64,000 nt of DNA from assembly GCA_963700985.1 (NCBI GenBank), contig OY969554.1, positions 608,001 through 672,000 of the forward strand, in the 5' to 3' direction. Source of the DNA: an uncultured Chlamydiales bacterium. Its GTDB lineage: Bacteria > Chlamydiota > Chlamydiia > Chlamydiales > Rhabdochlamydiaceae. This document shows, in pieces, positions 31,674 through 40,821 of this stretch. How positions within the stretch are numbered: the stretch's first letter is position 1; each line of letters begins with the position of its first letter. The position numbers and the translations under genes are program-made. The notes under the pieces were generated by a model. That model ran no database searches. It saw nothing but the letters and a program-made list of their open reading frames with translations, and had not been told where the DNA came from.

Positions 31674-32867
31674 GTGAATATGAATACGTTACGAAAAGAG
31701 CCATCACTCATAACACTGCTGCTGCTCACGCCGCTGGCTTCGATTTCTGCCGTGCTCTTTACGCCCGCGCTGCCGGAGATTGCACGCGAGATGGGGCTCT
31801 CAAGTGCGCAGGCACAGCTGACGATTACCCTATTTCTGATCGGCTATGCGTTAGGGCCGCTATTCTACGGACCGCTCGCAAATAGATTTGGACGCAAGCC
31901 AGCTGTGTATTTAGGCATTACGCTTACGATTATAAGCTCTCTGTTCATCATTTGGGCGGGAGTCTTACAACTTTTTTGGCTGTTAGTTGTTGGGCGCTTC
32001 TTCATGGCTTTAGGAAGCAGTGCCGGCTTAATGATTGCGTTTACGGTTATTGGCGATGTTTATCAGCATGAACAGGCAACAAAGAAGATCTCCTATCTAA
32101 TTTTGGCATTTGCTGTCGGCCCCGGGTTAGCTGTGGCAATTGGAGGCTTTTTAACACAGTATTTTGGTTGGGAGAGCTGCTTCTATTTCTTAGCCGGTTA
32201 CGGAGCGCTTCTGTTTATCAGAATGCTCTCTTTTCAAGAGACCTGCCCTCAGAAAGATCACCATGCGCTGCGCTTTCAAAAAATCACAGAGGGTTATCTG
32301 CAGAAGTTAAAGAACAAGAAGGTGCTCTTCTGCTCTTTAATGCTCGGCTGCACCACTTCTTGCTTCTATCTCTTCGCTGCAGAAGCTCCATTTATTGCCA
32401 TAAACAAGATTGGGCTTTCTCCAGAAACATACGGACTTTTGAATTTTATTCCTCCGATTGGAATTATAGGAGGATCGATACTCACCAGGAGGCTTGCTCA
32501 TAAAAAGACACCGCTTAAAACGATGTTATGGGGAATTCTGATTGCACTGGCTAGCACTGCATTGATGTTAGGTGCATTTGCAATCGGGTTTATCACAGCC
32601 TGGTCCCTTTTTGTTCCAATGGCTTTTCTCTGCCTAGGATTATCACTGATTGTGCCCAATGCACAAAGTTTAGCGCTGTCCCATGCTCAAAACAAATCCA
32701 ATGCATCCGCCATGATGAGTTTCATCAATCTGGGAACTGCTACCATCGCAATTTTTATCTTACAATCTTCACCCACACACCCCGTGCTGCTACTTCCCCT
32801 TCTTTTCATCTTGTTTATCGGAGGCATGTTCTTTTGGAGAGGCCGCTTGTCAACTGCCCTAGCATGA
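31674..32867 (+). CDS. Bcr/CflA-family MFS drug-resistance transporter
   Basis: PALPEIA, QLTITLFLIGYALG and YGPLANRFGRKP motifs; about 12 TM segments. Start GTG 31674 or ATG 31680. Confidence 0.93.
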   Translation: MNMNTLRKEPSLITLLLLTPLASISAVLFTPALPEIAREMGLSSAQAQLTITLFLIGYALGPLFYGPLANRFGRKPAVYLGITLTIISSLFIIWAGVLQLFWLLVVGRFFMALGSSAGLMIAFTVIGDVYQHEQATKKISYLILAFAVGPGLAVAIGGFLTQYFGWESCFYFLAGYGALLFIRMLSFQETCPQKDHHALRFQKITEGYLQKLKNKKVLFCSLMLGCTTSCFYLFAAEAPFIAINKIGLSPETYGLLNFIPPIGIIGGSILTRRLAHKKTPLKTMLWGILIALASTALMLGAFAIGFITAWSLFVPMAFLCLGLSLIVPNAQSLALSHAQNKSNASAMMSFINLGTATIAIFILQSSPTHPVLLLPLLFILFIGGMFFWRGRLSTALA

Positions 32868-32879
32868 GCACAAGCAAAG

Positions 32880-33078
32880 GCCCAGGAACACGGGCGCTTT
32901 CAAGCTGCCTTAAAATTCTGGAAGAGAACAGGATGTGTAGGATCAGGCAAGATAAGAAGGATAGAGAAAATATCCTGCATATCCTGTAAATGATTTACTA
33001 AAATAGCTCGATCCTGTCTGGAAGATTTGCTATTCAAACAAGTGCTGCGCAGAGCGCAGCACTCCAGGGCGCTTCGCG
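32880..33078. repeat. Composite REP/MITE-like element: ACAGGAT...ATCCTGT copy 2 flanked by GC-rich hairpins
   Basis: 32972-33010 matches copy 1 inverted (37/39). Perfect hairpin AGTGCTGCGC-AGA-GCGCAGCACT at 33041-33063. Lies between convergent genes. Confidence 0.85.
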
Positions 33079-33087
33079 CAAAGAGAT

Positions 33088-33786
33088 TTAAAAATCTAGT
33101 TGCAAGAGCTTGAAGAGATCGAAGTCGGCAGCAGGATCGATGACGTGGTGCGCATTTGAAAAGTCGTGCGTCTTGGTGAAATCGTTGGGCACGGCGATGG
33201 TGATGTAGCCGGCTTTAGAGGCGGCCGTGACACCGGGATGGCTATCTTCAATGGCCACACACTCGGTGGGGTGCAGGCCCAGGAGTTTAGCAGTGTGAAG
33301 ATAGATATAAGGCTTCGGCTTGTTTACACCTTCTGGATCTTGATAATGGTTGAGATCATCTCTTCCAGATACGATTACATCAAACAAATCGGTGATCTTG
33401 AGTTCAGCTAGATTCAACAAAATCTCATCTTTTTCAGCGGCAGATGCCACTCCCATTTTGAGATTCAATCGCTCTTTTTGCGCGGCAAGCTCATGCACCC
33501 ATTTGACGACAGAATGAATGGGTGGTGTGCCTTTCTTGCGCAGCTCATAATAGGCCGCTTGCTTGTCATCCAATAAAGTTTCAGGGGCGATAATTCTTTG
33601 CCTATCACAGAGATAGTCACGGATAGCAATGCCAGATTGACCTGAAAATAAAAAATACTCTTCGCGTGAAAATGCCACGCCTCTTTTATTAAGAACAATC
33701 TGCCAGCTGCGAAAATGGGCGTGCTCAGTGTCGATAAGCGTTCCGTCGCAATCAAAAATAATGGCTTTTATAGATTTCTTTAACAT
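33088..33786 (-). CDS. HAD-family phosphatase (CbbY/YqaB/beta-PGM-like)
   Basis: FDCDGTLID, KPKPYIY and IEDSHPG motifs. Start moved to ATG 33786. Confidence 0.93.
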   Translation of the reverse strand: MLKKSIKAIIFDCDGTLIDTEHAHFRSWQIVLNKRGVAFSREEYFLFSGQSGIAIRDYLCDRQRIIAPETLLDDKQAAYYELRKKGTPPIHSVVKWVHELAAQKERLNLKMGVASAAEKDEILLNLAELKITDLFDVIVSGRDDLNHYQDPEGVNKPKPYIYLHTAKLLGLHPTECVAIEDSHPGVTAASKAGYITIAVPNDFTKTHDFSNAHHVIDPAADFDLFKLLQLDF

Positions 33787-33847
33787 TTCGCAAGCAACCG
33801 AAAAATTTTTCAACTATAGAAAAGCTGATTATAGTAAGAAAGAGAAT

Positions 33848-35065
33848 ATGAGACCATACAAGACCACTATCCGCGTAGCCTCTGATATAGACCTTCTCGC
33901 TTGGCTCGAGAGCCAGGAGCTCTTTCCAAAAGTTTATTGGAAAAATGCTCGTGAGGAGATCGCGGCAGTAGGTTCAATATTAACTTTTGACAAGCTACCA
34001 GTTTTTGACAAGCAGACGGGCGACCTTTGCTTATTTGGGGGCATGGCTTTTTCTGCCTACGCAGGCTTTGACCAGAGCTGGGAAGCTTTCCCTCGACAAC
34101 TCTTTTTTCAACCGAAATTGATCCTCTCAAAAAAAGATGGGGTCTGTTCGCTTACGCTTTACACAATAGAGCAGCCATCGGAGGCGCAACAGATCGAACA
34201 CTATTTAGAGCTTCGGGCGAAAAAGAGCATAGAGCTCTCGCAACCCGAAAAGCGCATCGATATGCCAACACAGGGCGAATGGAAAGAGAGAGTAACCGAC
34301 TATCTAACACGCATTCAAAATCAGCAGGTAGACAAGCTGGTTTCGGCGCGTAAATCTACCTTTATCTTCGGCTCGCATGTGGATCCGATAAGCATGCTTA
34401 AACGACTGGCTGTAAATGCTGTTAACTGCACGGTTTTTGGCTTTTTACCCAACGTCTCTTCGGCATTTGTAGGCGCATCGCCTGAGATACTTTACCGGCG
34501 GGAAGAGAAAAACATCTTCACGCACGCTCTGGCGGGCACACGTCCACGCGGGCGCACTCCCGAAGAGGATCTCGCTTTAAAGACTGAACTTTTGAAGAAT
34601 GAAAAGGAGCAGCGTGAGTTTTCTTATGTGCGAGACCATATGCTCTCGGCTATTTCAAACCTCTGTGATTCATTTGAGTTTCAAAAGGAGAGCGCTGTAT
34701 TACAAAATGCAACATTGCAACATCTCGTATGCAACTTTTCAGGCACCCTTCAAGAGGGCATTCAAGATGGCGACATCTTCACAGCTCTGCACCCCTCGCC
34801 TGCCGTAGGCGGCTATCCGCGGTGCGATGCACTTAAAATGCTCAGCAATTCAGAAACATTCGATCGGGGCTGGTATGCAGCACCTCTCGGTTGGATTAGT
34901 CCTGCAGCGGCCGACATTGCCGTTGGCATCCGCAGCGCACTCATTGTTCAAAATCAGCTGCATCTATTTGCCGGCACAGGTATTGTGGATGGATCTTGTC
35001 ATGCTAAAGAATGGCATGAGCTCGACCAAAAAATCGGCACCTTCACAAGGCTTTGGAGCAAGTAA
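33848..35065 (+). CDS. menF: Isochorismate synthase
   Basis: FVGASPE, ALAGT, LHPSPAVGG, FDRGWYA, GIRSA and FAGTGIV motifs; first gene of the men cluster. Confidence 0.95.
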   Translation: MRPYKTTIRVASDIDLLAWLESQELFPKVYWKNAREEIAAVGSILTFDKLPVFDKQTGDLCLFGGMAFSAYAGFDQSWEAFPRQLFFQPKLILSKKDGVCSLTLYTIEQPSEAQQIEHYLELRAKKSIELSQPEKRIDMPTQGEWKERVTDYLTRIQNQQVDKLVSARKSTFIFGSHVDPISMLKRLAVNAVNCTVFGFLPNVSSAFVGASPEILYRREEKNIFTHALAGTRPRGRTPEEDLALKTELLKNEKEQREFSYVRDHMLSAISNLCDSFEFQKESAVLQNATLQHLVCNFSGTLQEGIQDGDIFTALHPSPAVGGYPRCDALKMLSNSETFDRGWYAAPLGWISPAAADIAVGIRSALIVQNQLHLFAGTGIVDGSCHAKEWHELDQKIGTFTRLWSK

Positions 35066-35069
35066 GTAG

Positions 35070-36779
35070 ATGACAGATATCGGCTTGCAAAACGAGCAGT
35101 CTTGCAGACTGATCGTCGATCAACTCGTGCGCCAAGGCGTGCGTTACTTTTGTCTCTCTCCAGGCTCGCGTTCTACTCCTTTAGCTCTAGCCGCCGCGGC
35201 ACACCCTGAAGTTACGGCCACTGTGCATTTCGATGAACGCGGCACGGGCTTCCATGCACTGGGTTATGCCAAAGCCGCAAAACTCCCTGCAGCGATTATT
35301 GTCACTTCCGGTTCTGCTGTGGGAAATCTTTTTCCAGCAGTCATGGAAGCAGCTTATGCTCATCTCCCCCTGATTGTGTTAACGGCTGATAGACCACCTG
35401 AGCTGCGTGACACGGGTTCTAACCAGACGGCAGATCAGGTTAAATTTTTTGGTGAATATGTACGCTGGAGCGTCGATCTTCCCTGCCCAACTGAAGAGAT
35501 CCATAACGCATATATCGGTACAACAATTGCCCAAGCGGTCTTTCGTTCGATGAGTGCCCCAAAAGGACCCGTCCACCTCAATTGCATGCTGCGAGAACCC
35601 CTCTGCACAAGTATGCAGGCCTCCACACCAATTTTAGAATCCACACACTATGAGCACACGGAGTCTGTGCCTGCGCAAACCACCTTGCAGCATTGGGCAG
35701 ATCTTCTTACTTCGGAAGAAAAAGGCATAATCGTGGTAGGCAACCTCGCTTCGAAGTATGCGCTCTCTTCGATTTGTGAACTGGCTGAAGCGTTAAATTG
35801 GCCGATCTTTGCCGATATTTTTTCGGGGTTGCGTTCAGAAGGAAGCAGTGCAAATCTCATCCCCTATTACGATCTTATTCTCAAAACTACACCCGATCTC
35901 AAAGCGCACACAGTTTTGCACTTTGGCGATCGCCTAATCTCTAAAAGCCTGCTCGATTGGATCTCAGCCTGCCATCCTCAACACTACTTTCTAGTGGCCG
36001 ATTATCCTAATCGCTACGATCCAAAACATCAGGTGACGCACCGCCTATGCTGCGATCCTGCTCTTTTTGCAAAACAAATATTACCTCTTATCGCTCCAAA
36101 AAGTGCCAATTCTTGGACTGAGACTCTCAAAGTTCGCGGCACACAGATCGAACAAGAGCTATCAAAAATCTTTTCGGAAAAAAAATCACTCACAGAACCA
36201 GGTCTTGCATATCTTCTATCTCAGCTGCTTTCAGAAAATTGGGCTGTCTTTTTTTCGAATAGCATGCCCGTGCGCGATGCAGATTTTTTTCTCTTTCCAA
36301 AGCAGCCAATTGGTCCGCTCTTTGGAAGCCGCGGTCTTTCTGGAATTGATGGAAATATTGCCACAGCCATTGGGATTGCTCAAGGTGCGCAAATGCCCAC
36401 GCTCGCTATACTCGGAGATCTAGCCTTTCTGCACGACCTTAACTCACTCGCTCTTCTAAAAAAAGTTAAACACCCTGTTATCCTGCTCGTGATCAATAAC
36501 GATGGGGGCGGCATCTTCTCTTTCCTGCCCGTAGCTGGCAAAAAAGAAGCTTTTGAGGATTTTTTTGCAGCCGCACACGGCCTGACATTTGAAAAAGCGG
36601 CGGCGCTTTTTGACATTCCCTATTTAAAGTTACAAAGCACCCAAGAGCTCGAAGAAGCAGTGCTTAAGAAAACGTCTTGCGTGCTTGAGATGACCACAAA
36701 TCGTCTAGAAAATCACGCTTTCCACCAAGAGATTACTAAATGGTTACACTCCTCACCTGCTCTCATCGAGGCTCGTTAA
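35070..36779 (+). CDS. menD: SEPHCHC synthase
   Basis: SPGSRSTPL, HFDERG, LTADRPPEL, RGLSGIDG and GDLAFLHD motifs. Confidence 0.98.
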   Translation: MTDIGLQNEQSCRLIVDQLVRQGVRYFCLSPGSRSTPLALAAAAHPEVTATVHFDERGTGFHALGYAKAAKLPAAIIVTSGSAVGNLFPAVMEAAYAHLPLIVLTADRPPELRDTGSNQTADQVKFFGEYVRWSVDLPCPTEEIHNAYIGTTIAQAVFRSMSAPKGPVHLNCMLREPLCTSMQASTPILESTHYEHTESVPAQTTLQHWADLLTSEEKGIIVVGNLASKYALSSICELAEALNWPIFADIFSGLRSEGSSANLIPYYDLILKTTPDLKAHTVLHFGDRLISKSLLDWISACHPQHYFLVADYPNRYDPKHQVTHRLCCDPALFAKQILPLIAPKSANSWTETLKVRGTQIEQELSKIFSEKKSLTEPGLAYLLSQLLSENWAVFFSNSMPVRDADFFLFPKQPIGPLFGSRGLSGIDGNIATAIGIAQGAQMPTLAILGDLAFLHDLNSLALLKKVKHPVILLVINNDGGGIFSFLPVAGKKEAFEDFFAAAHGLTFEKAAALFDIPYLKLQSTQELEEAVLKKTSCVLEMTTNRLENHAFHQEITKWLHSSPALIEAR

Positions 36780-37501
36780 AAAACCCACCGCTTGTTTTTT
36801 TGCACGGGTTTTTAGGTAACAAAGAAGATTGGGACGAAGTCATCACGCAACTAGAAGATCGCTTCTGGTGCCTCTCAGTGGCTCTTCCAGGACATGGTTC
36901 CCCCTTTTCGCTTACCTTCTCGCAAGCTTTGCAAGCAACGCTTAAAAGTCATGGCATAGAACAAGCTGCGCTTGTCGGCTATTCGATGGGTGGTCGCCTG
37001 GCTCTGCACGCACTGCAAGATACGCCGGAAATGGTTTCAAACGTTATAGCGCTCTCTTCTCATCCAGGATTGCGCGAAGAATCGGAACGCATAAGCCGCA
37101 TAGGCGAAGAGCTGAAGTGGGAGCGTTTGCTCAAAACACTCTCGTTAAAAGAGTTTCTAGAGAGATGGTATGCGCAGCCACTATTTGCCTCCTTAACGCA
37201 AGATCGCGACCTCTTCACTAAACTGCTCGATCGCCGGATGCGCCATGACCCTCGGGCTATTGCCACCGCCATGCGTCAATTCAGTCATGTGCGCTTGCCT
37301 CTTCTCAAGCAACTCTCCAATCAAGCCTTCTTTGTCTGTGGAGAAGAAGATTTGAAATACACTGAACTTTATCGTAAGCTAGTGCCAGCCTCGCAGCTGC
37401 GCATTTTGGCAAACTGCGGACATGCGCTGCATCTGGAAAATCCAACTGCCTGCGCATCTATGATCAAACAGCTTATTGAGGAGAAATCTGCATGTCTGTA
37501 A
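36740..37501 (+). CDS. menH: SHCHC synthase (alpha/beta hydrolase)
   Basis: [21 protein letters not shown] and GHALHLENP motifs; operon position. Confidence 0.92.
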   Translation: MVTLLTCSHRGSLKNPPLVFLHGFLGNKEDWDEVITQLEDRFWCLSVALPGHGSPFSLTFSQALQATLKSHGIEQAALVGYSMGGRLALHALQDTPEMVSNVIALSSHPGLREESERISRIGEELKWERLLKTLSLKEFLERWYAQPLFASLTQDRDLFTKLLDRRMRHDPRAIATAMRQFSHVRLPLLKQLSNQAFFVCGEEDLKYTELYRKLVPASQLRILANCGHALHLENPTACASMIKQLIEEKSACL

Positions 37502-38322
37502 CGCTCTCATTTCATTGGGTAACAGCCGCTAAATTCGATGACATCAAGTATGAGAAATATGAGGGCATCGCTAAAATCACCATTAACCGCCCACAGGTGC
37601 GCAACGCTTTTCGCCCACATACTGTTAAAGAGATGTCTCTCGCATTAAATGATGCACGTGATGATCAGAGCATCGGCGTAATTATCTTAACCGGCGAAGG
37701 CCGAGATGCTTTTTGCGCCGGTGGCGATCAGAAAATTCGCGGTGATGCAGGCTATATAGATGAAGAAGGCATGGCGCGTTTAAATGTGCTCGATTTTCAA
37801 CGCGAAATGCGCAGCTGCCCCAAACCGGTGATCGCTATGGTGGCAGGCTATGCCATCGGGGGTGGCCATGTGCTGCATGTGCTCTGCGACCTTACCATCG
37901 CGGCTGATCATTCCATCTTTGGTCAAGTGGGGCCTAAAGTCGGTTCTTTTGATGGTGGCTTTGGCGCGAGTTATCTCGCGCGTATTGTGGGGCAAAAAAA
38001 AGCACGCGAGGTCTGGTTTCTGTGCCGTCAATACACAGCTCAAGAAGCGCTTGATATGGGTCTGGTCAACTGCGTTGTCCCTTATGAAGAACTAGAAGCC
38101 ACCACCGTTTCTTGGTGCCAAGAGATCCTTAAACACTCGCCGCTCGCTCTGCGCTGCTTGAAAGCCGCCCTCAATGCCGACTGTGATGGGCAAGCTGGCC
38201 TGCAAGAGTTGGCTGGCAATGCGACGCTGCTCTATTACATGACAGAAGAAGCAAAAGAAGGACATAGCGCCTTTATCGAAAAGCGCGCGCCTGATTTCTC
38301 ACGTTTTCCTAAGAGGCCTTAG
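37492..38322 (+). CDS. menB: 1,4-dihydroxy-2-naphthoyl-CoA synthase
   Basis: [19 protein letters not shown] and [10 protein letters not shown] motifs. Confidence 0.99.
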   Translation: MSVTLSFHWVTAAKFDDIKYEKYEGIAKITINRPQVRNAFRPHTVKEMSLALNDARDDQSIGVIILTGEGRDAFCAGGDQKIRGDAGYIDEEGMARLNVLDFQREMRSCPKPVIAMVAGYAIGGGHVLHVLCDLTIAADHSIFGQVGPKVGSFDGGFGASYLARIVGQKKAREVWFLCRQYTAQEALDMGLVNCVVPYEELEATTVSWCQEILKHSPLALRCLKAALNADCDGQAGLQELAGNATLLYYMTEEAKEGHSAFIEKRAPDFSRFPKRP

Positions 38323-38328
38323 AAGCTC

Positions 38329-39198
38329 ATGGCATCCTTAACAATTTGGATTCAAGCTGCTCGGCCGCGGACCCTCATTACTTCCTTAAGCCCGGTAATG
38401 ATCGGAACGATGCTCGCCTTAGCCACGGGAACCTGCAGACTTTCTACCTTCTTATTTACTCTTTTTACCACCATTGCAATTCAAGTAGGCACAAATCTCG
38501 CCAATGACTACTTCGATTTTCAAAAAGGGGCGGATACCTCCGCTCGCAAGGGCCCACAGCGCGTCACTCAGGCCGGGTTAGTCTCGCCTCAAGAGGTTAA
38601 GCGCGCCTTTATTCTCGTCTTTTGTGCGGCTGCATTATTAGGACTCTTTCTGATTTGGGAAGGAGGCATTTTTTTTGCTTTTCTGCTCGCCATCTCCATC
38701 CTGCTAGGCATCCTTTACACTGCAGGTCCTTTTTCTCTCGCTTATCTCGGGATTGGGGATTTTTTTGTGCTGCTCTTTTTTGGGCCGATCGCCACCGGCG
38801 GAACCTACTATCTACAAACACATGAATTTTCTTATGACGCGCTTCTAGTTGGAATCGCGCCCGGCATGCTCGCGTGGGCCATCCTCATGGTCAATAATTT
38901 GCGTGACGTCGACGAGGATCGCGTAGCTGGTAAAAAGACCCTTTTTGTGCGCTTCGGCAGAAATTTAGGTAGAGCGCTCTACATATTTGCACTTTTTTCA
39001 GCGATTCTCACTCCTCTGCTCTGTCGACATACGCATCCTTGGGTCATGTTGGCATCTTTGATCTTTTTCCCTGCGCTTTTTTTAGCAGTTAAGGTGGTTA
39101 AAAATGAAGAGGCACAAACCTTTAATACACTGCTTAAACAGACAGCTGGTCTTCTGCTAGCTTATACCCTCCTCTTCTGCATAGGGTGGCTTTTGTGA
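38329..39198 (+). CDS. menA: DHNA polyprenyltransferase
   Basis: ARPRTL, NDYFDFQKGAD and NNLRDVDEDRVAGKKTL motifs. Confidence 0.97.
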   Translation: MASLTIWIQAARPRTLITSLSPVMIGTMLALATGTCRLSTFLFTLFTTIAIQVGTNLANDYFDFQKGADTSARKGPQRVTQAGLVSPQEVKRAFILVFCAAALLGLFLIWEGGIFFAFLLAISILLGILYTAGPFSLAYLGIGDFFVLLFFGPIATGGTYYLQTHEFSYDALLVGIAPGMLAWAILMVNNLRDVDEDRVAGKKTLFVRFGRNLGRALYIFALFSAILTPLLCRHTHPWVMLASLIFFPALFLAVKVVKNEEAQTFNTLLKQTAGLLLAYTLLFCIGWLL

Positions 39199-39232
39199 TC
39201 TATTTGATGATCAACGTCATTTGAAAAATAGA

Positions 39233-39261
39233 TTGCAAATAGTACCATTAATTAGTACCAT
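39233..39261 (+). promoter_or_regulatory. hicAB promoter with repeated operator boxes
   Basis: TTGCAA-N17-TACCAT. TAGTACCA occurs twice (39240-47 and 39253-60), overlapping the spacer and the -10. Confidence 0.7.
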
Positions 39262-39269
39262 ATCAAAAT

Positions 39270-39533
39270 ATGAGCAAAAAACACCAGCGCACCCTGGAAG
39301 CGATCTTTAAGCTGCCAGTTCCATCGAATGTAGAATGGAAAACTTGCGAAAGTCTTCTAATCCATCTTGGAGCGAAGATAAGCGAGGGAGAAGGATCAAG
39401 AGTTCGAATTGTCCTTAATGATGTAAGAGCAGTTTTTCATCGTCCTCATCCTCGAAAAGAAATAGATAAAGGAGCACTGGTGTCGTTAAGAAAATTTTTA
39501 GAAAATGCAGGAGTAAAATCCGAGGAGAAATAA
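39270..39533 (+). CDS. hicA: HicA-family toxin
   Basis: KHQRTLEAIF, GEGSRVR and FHRPHPRKE motifs. Confidence 0.95.
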   Translation: MSKKHQRTLEAIFKLPVPSNVEWKTCESLLIHLGAKISEGEGSRVRIVLNDVRAVFHRPHPRKEIDKGALVSLRKFLENAGVKSEEK

Positions 39534-39535
39534 AT

Positions 39536-39859
39536 ATGATGAAATACAAAGGATACTTCGGACATGTCGAATATGACGATAAAGCCAAAATTTTTCATGG
39601 TGAAGTCGTAGGATTGAAAGATATCATTACCTTTCAGGGAAAGGCTGTTAAGGAATTGGAACAATCATTCAAAGACTCAATAGATGATTATCTCGCATGG
39701 TGCAAACAGAGAAAAGAAAAACCCGAGAAAACCTTTTCAGGTACCTTCAATCTTAGAATACCTCAAGATCTTCATGCCAAATTAGCGCTGCAAGCAAAAA
39801 CAATGGGAGTAAGCCTGAACTCTTTTATTGCTCAGAGTCTTCTTCAAGTGGTTCACTAG
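39536..39859 (+). CDS. hicB: HicB-family antitoxin
   Basis: MKYKGYFG, DIITFQG, FSGTFNLRIPQDLH and SLN motifs (RHH). Confidence 0.96.
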   Translation: MMKYKGYFGHVEYDDKAKIFHGEVVGLKDIITFQGKAVKELEQSFKDSIDDYLAWCKQRKEKPEKTFSGTFNLRIPQDLHAKLALQAKTMGVSLNSFIAQSLLQVVH

Positions 39860-39882
39860 AAGTAATTAATGAGAAAAGTTTA

Positions 39883-40821
39883 ATGAAGCTCTATACCTAT
39901 GATCTGCCGTTTAGAGGCACAAGACGCCGAGGGATTATCATTGAACTCACAAGAGAAGATGGCAGCAAGAGCCTGGGCGAAGTGGCTCCTCTCCCTAACT
40001 GGAATGTAGAGACATTCGATGATGCACTCGAACAGTTAAAAGGTCCTATGCTTCAGCATATGCTGCTACCTTCGGTGGCTTTTGGCTTAGAAACAGCCAG
40101 CCTGGGCCTCAATCCCCCAAAGCTTCCGCTCACCTTTCCGCTCTCTTCGTTATTGATGGGTAGCGTAGATGAGATTCTTAAAAAAGCTGATCTTTGTGCG
40201 CACGCAGGGATCAAAAGCGTAAAAGTGAAGTTAAGCGGCCATTCTCATGCAGATGCACTAAAAATTGTTCACGCTCTTAAAGATAGTTTCTCTTTGCGCA
40301 TCGATCTTAACCGCGCTTGGACCAAAGAGCGCGCCTTGGAGTTTTTCGCCCATTTTAAACCGGAAGATTTTGATTACATTGAAGAGCCGTGTGAAAAGGT
40401 GGAAGATCTCTTCGACTTTACCTATCCGCTAGCCGTAGATGAATCGCTACGCGACACGCCGCTCGATCTGCTTTTAACGCTCCCCTCTTTGAAAGCGTTC
40501 ATCTTTAAGCCCACACTTCAAGGTGGCTATACGGTTGGCGAAGTTCTTGCTCGGGCAGCTAAAGAGAGAAACCTCGACCTTATTTTCAGTAGCGCATTTG
40601 AAACAGGCGTGGGCATCAGTCAGATCGCACTTTTAGCACATCATTTGGGTGTGCCCATTAAACCTCTGGGATTAGACACTTATTCGTATTTAGAACAGGA
40701 TATATTGCAAACACCACTGAACATCTCTCAAGGCTACTTGCACTTGGATGAGCTTTTTAATGTGAACAAGGAACTGCTTCATGCTCTGCCCTATCCTAGC
40801 TGCTCTACCTCAGTTTGCTAA
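39883..40821 (+). CDS. menC: o-succinylbenzoate synthase
   Basis: GEVAPLP, KVK, RIDLNRAW, YIEEP, AVDES, KPTL, SSAFET and GLDT motifs. Confidence 0.95.
   Translation: MKLYTYDLPFRGTRRRGIIIELTREDGSKSLGEVAPLPNWNVETFDDALEQLKGPMLQHMLLPSVAFGLETASLGLNPPKLPLTFPLSSLLMGSVDEILKKADLCAHAGIKSVKVKLSGHSHADALKIVHALKDSFSLRIDLNRAWTKERALEFFAHFKPEDFDYIEEPCEKVEDLFDFTYPLAVDESLRDTPLDLLLTLPSLKAFIFKPTLQGGYTVGEVLARAAKERNLDLIFSSAFETGVGISQIALLAHHLGVPIKPLGLDTYSYLEQDILQTPLNISQGYLHLDELFNVNKELLHALPYPSCSTSVC

Noticed and set aside
33728-33847. N-terminal extensions given by the ORF track (menF, HAD, xseA, dxs, holB, dcd, yidC, lptD)
   Set aside because: They overlap neighbouring genes or precede the conserved N-terminus; downstream ATGs were used instead.
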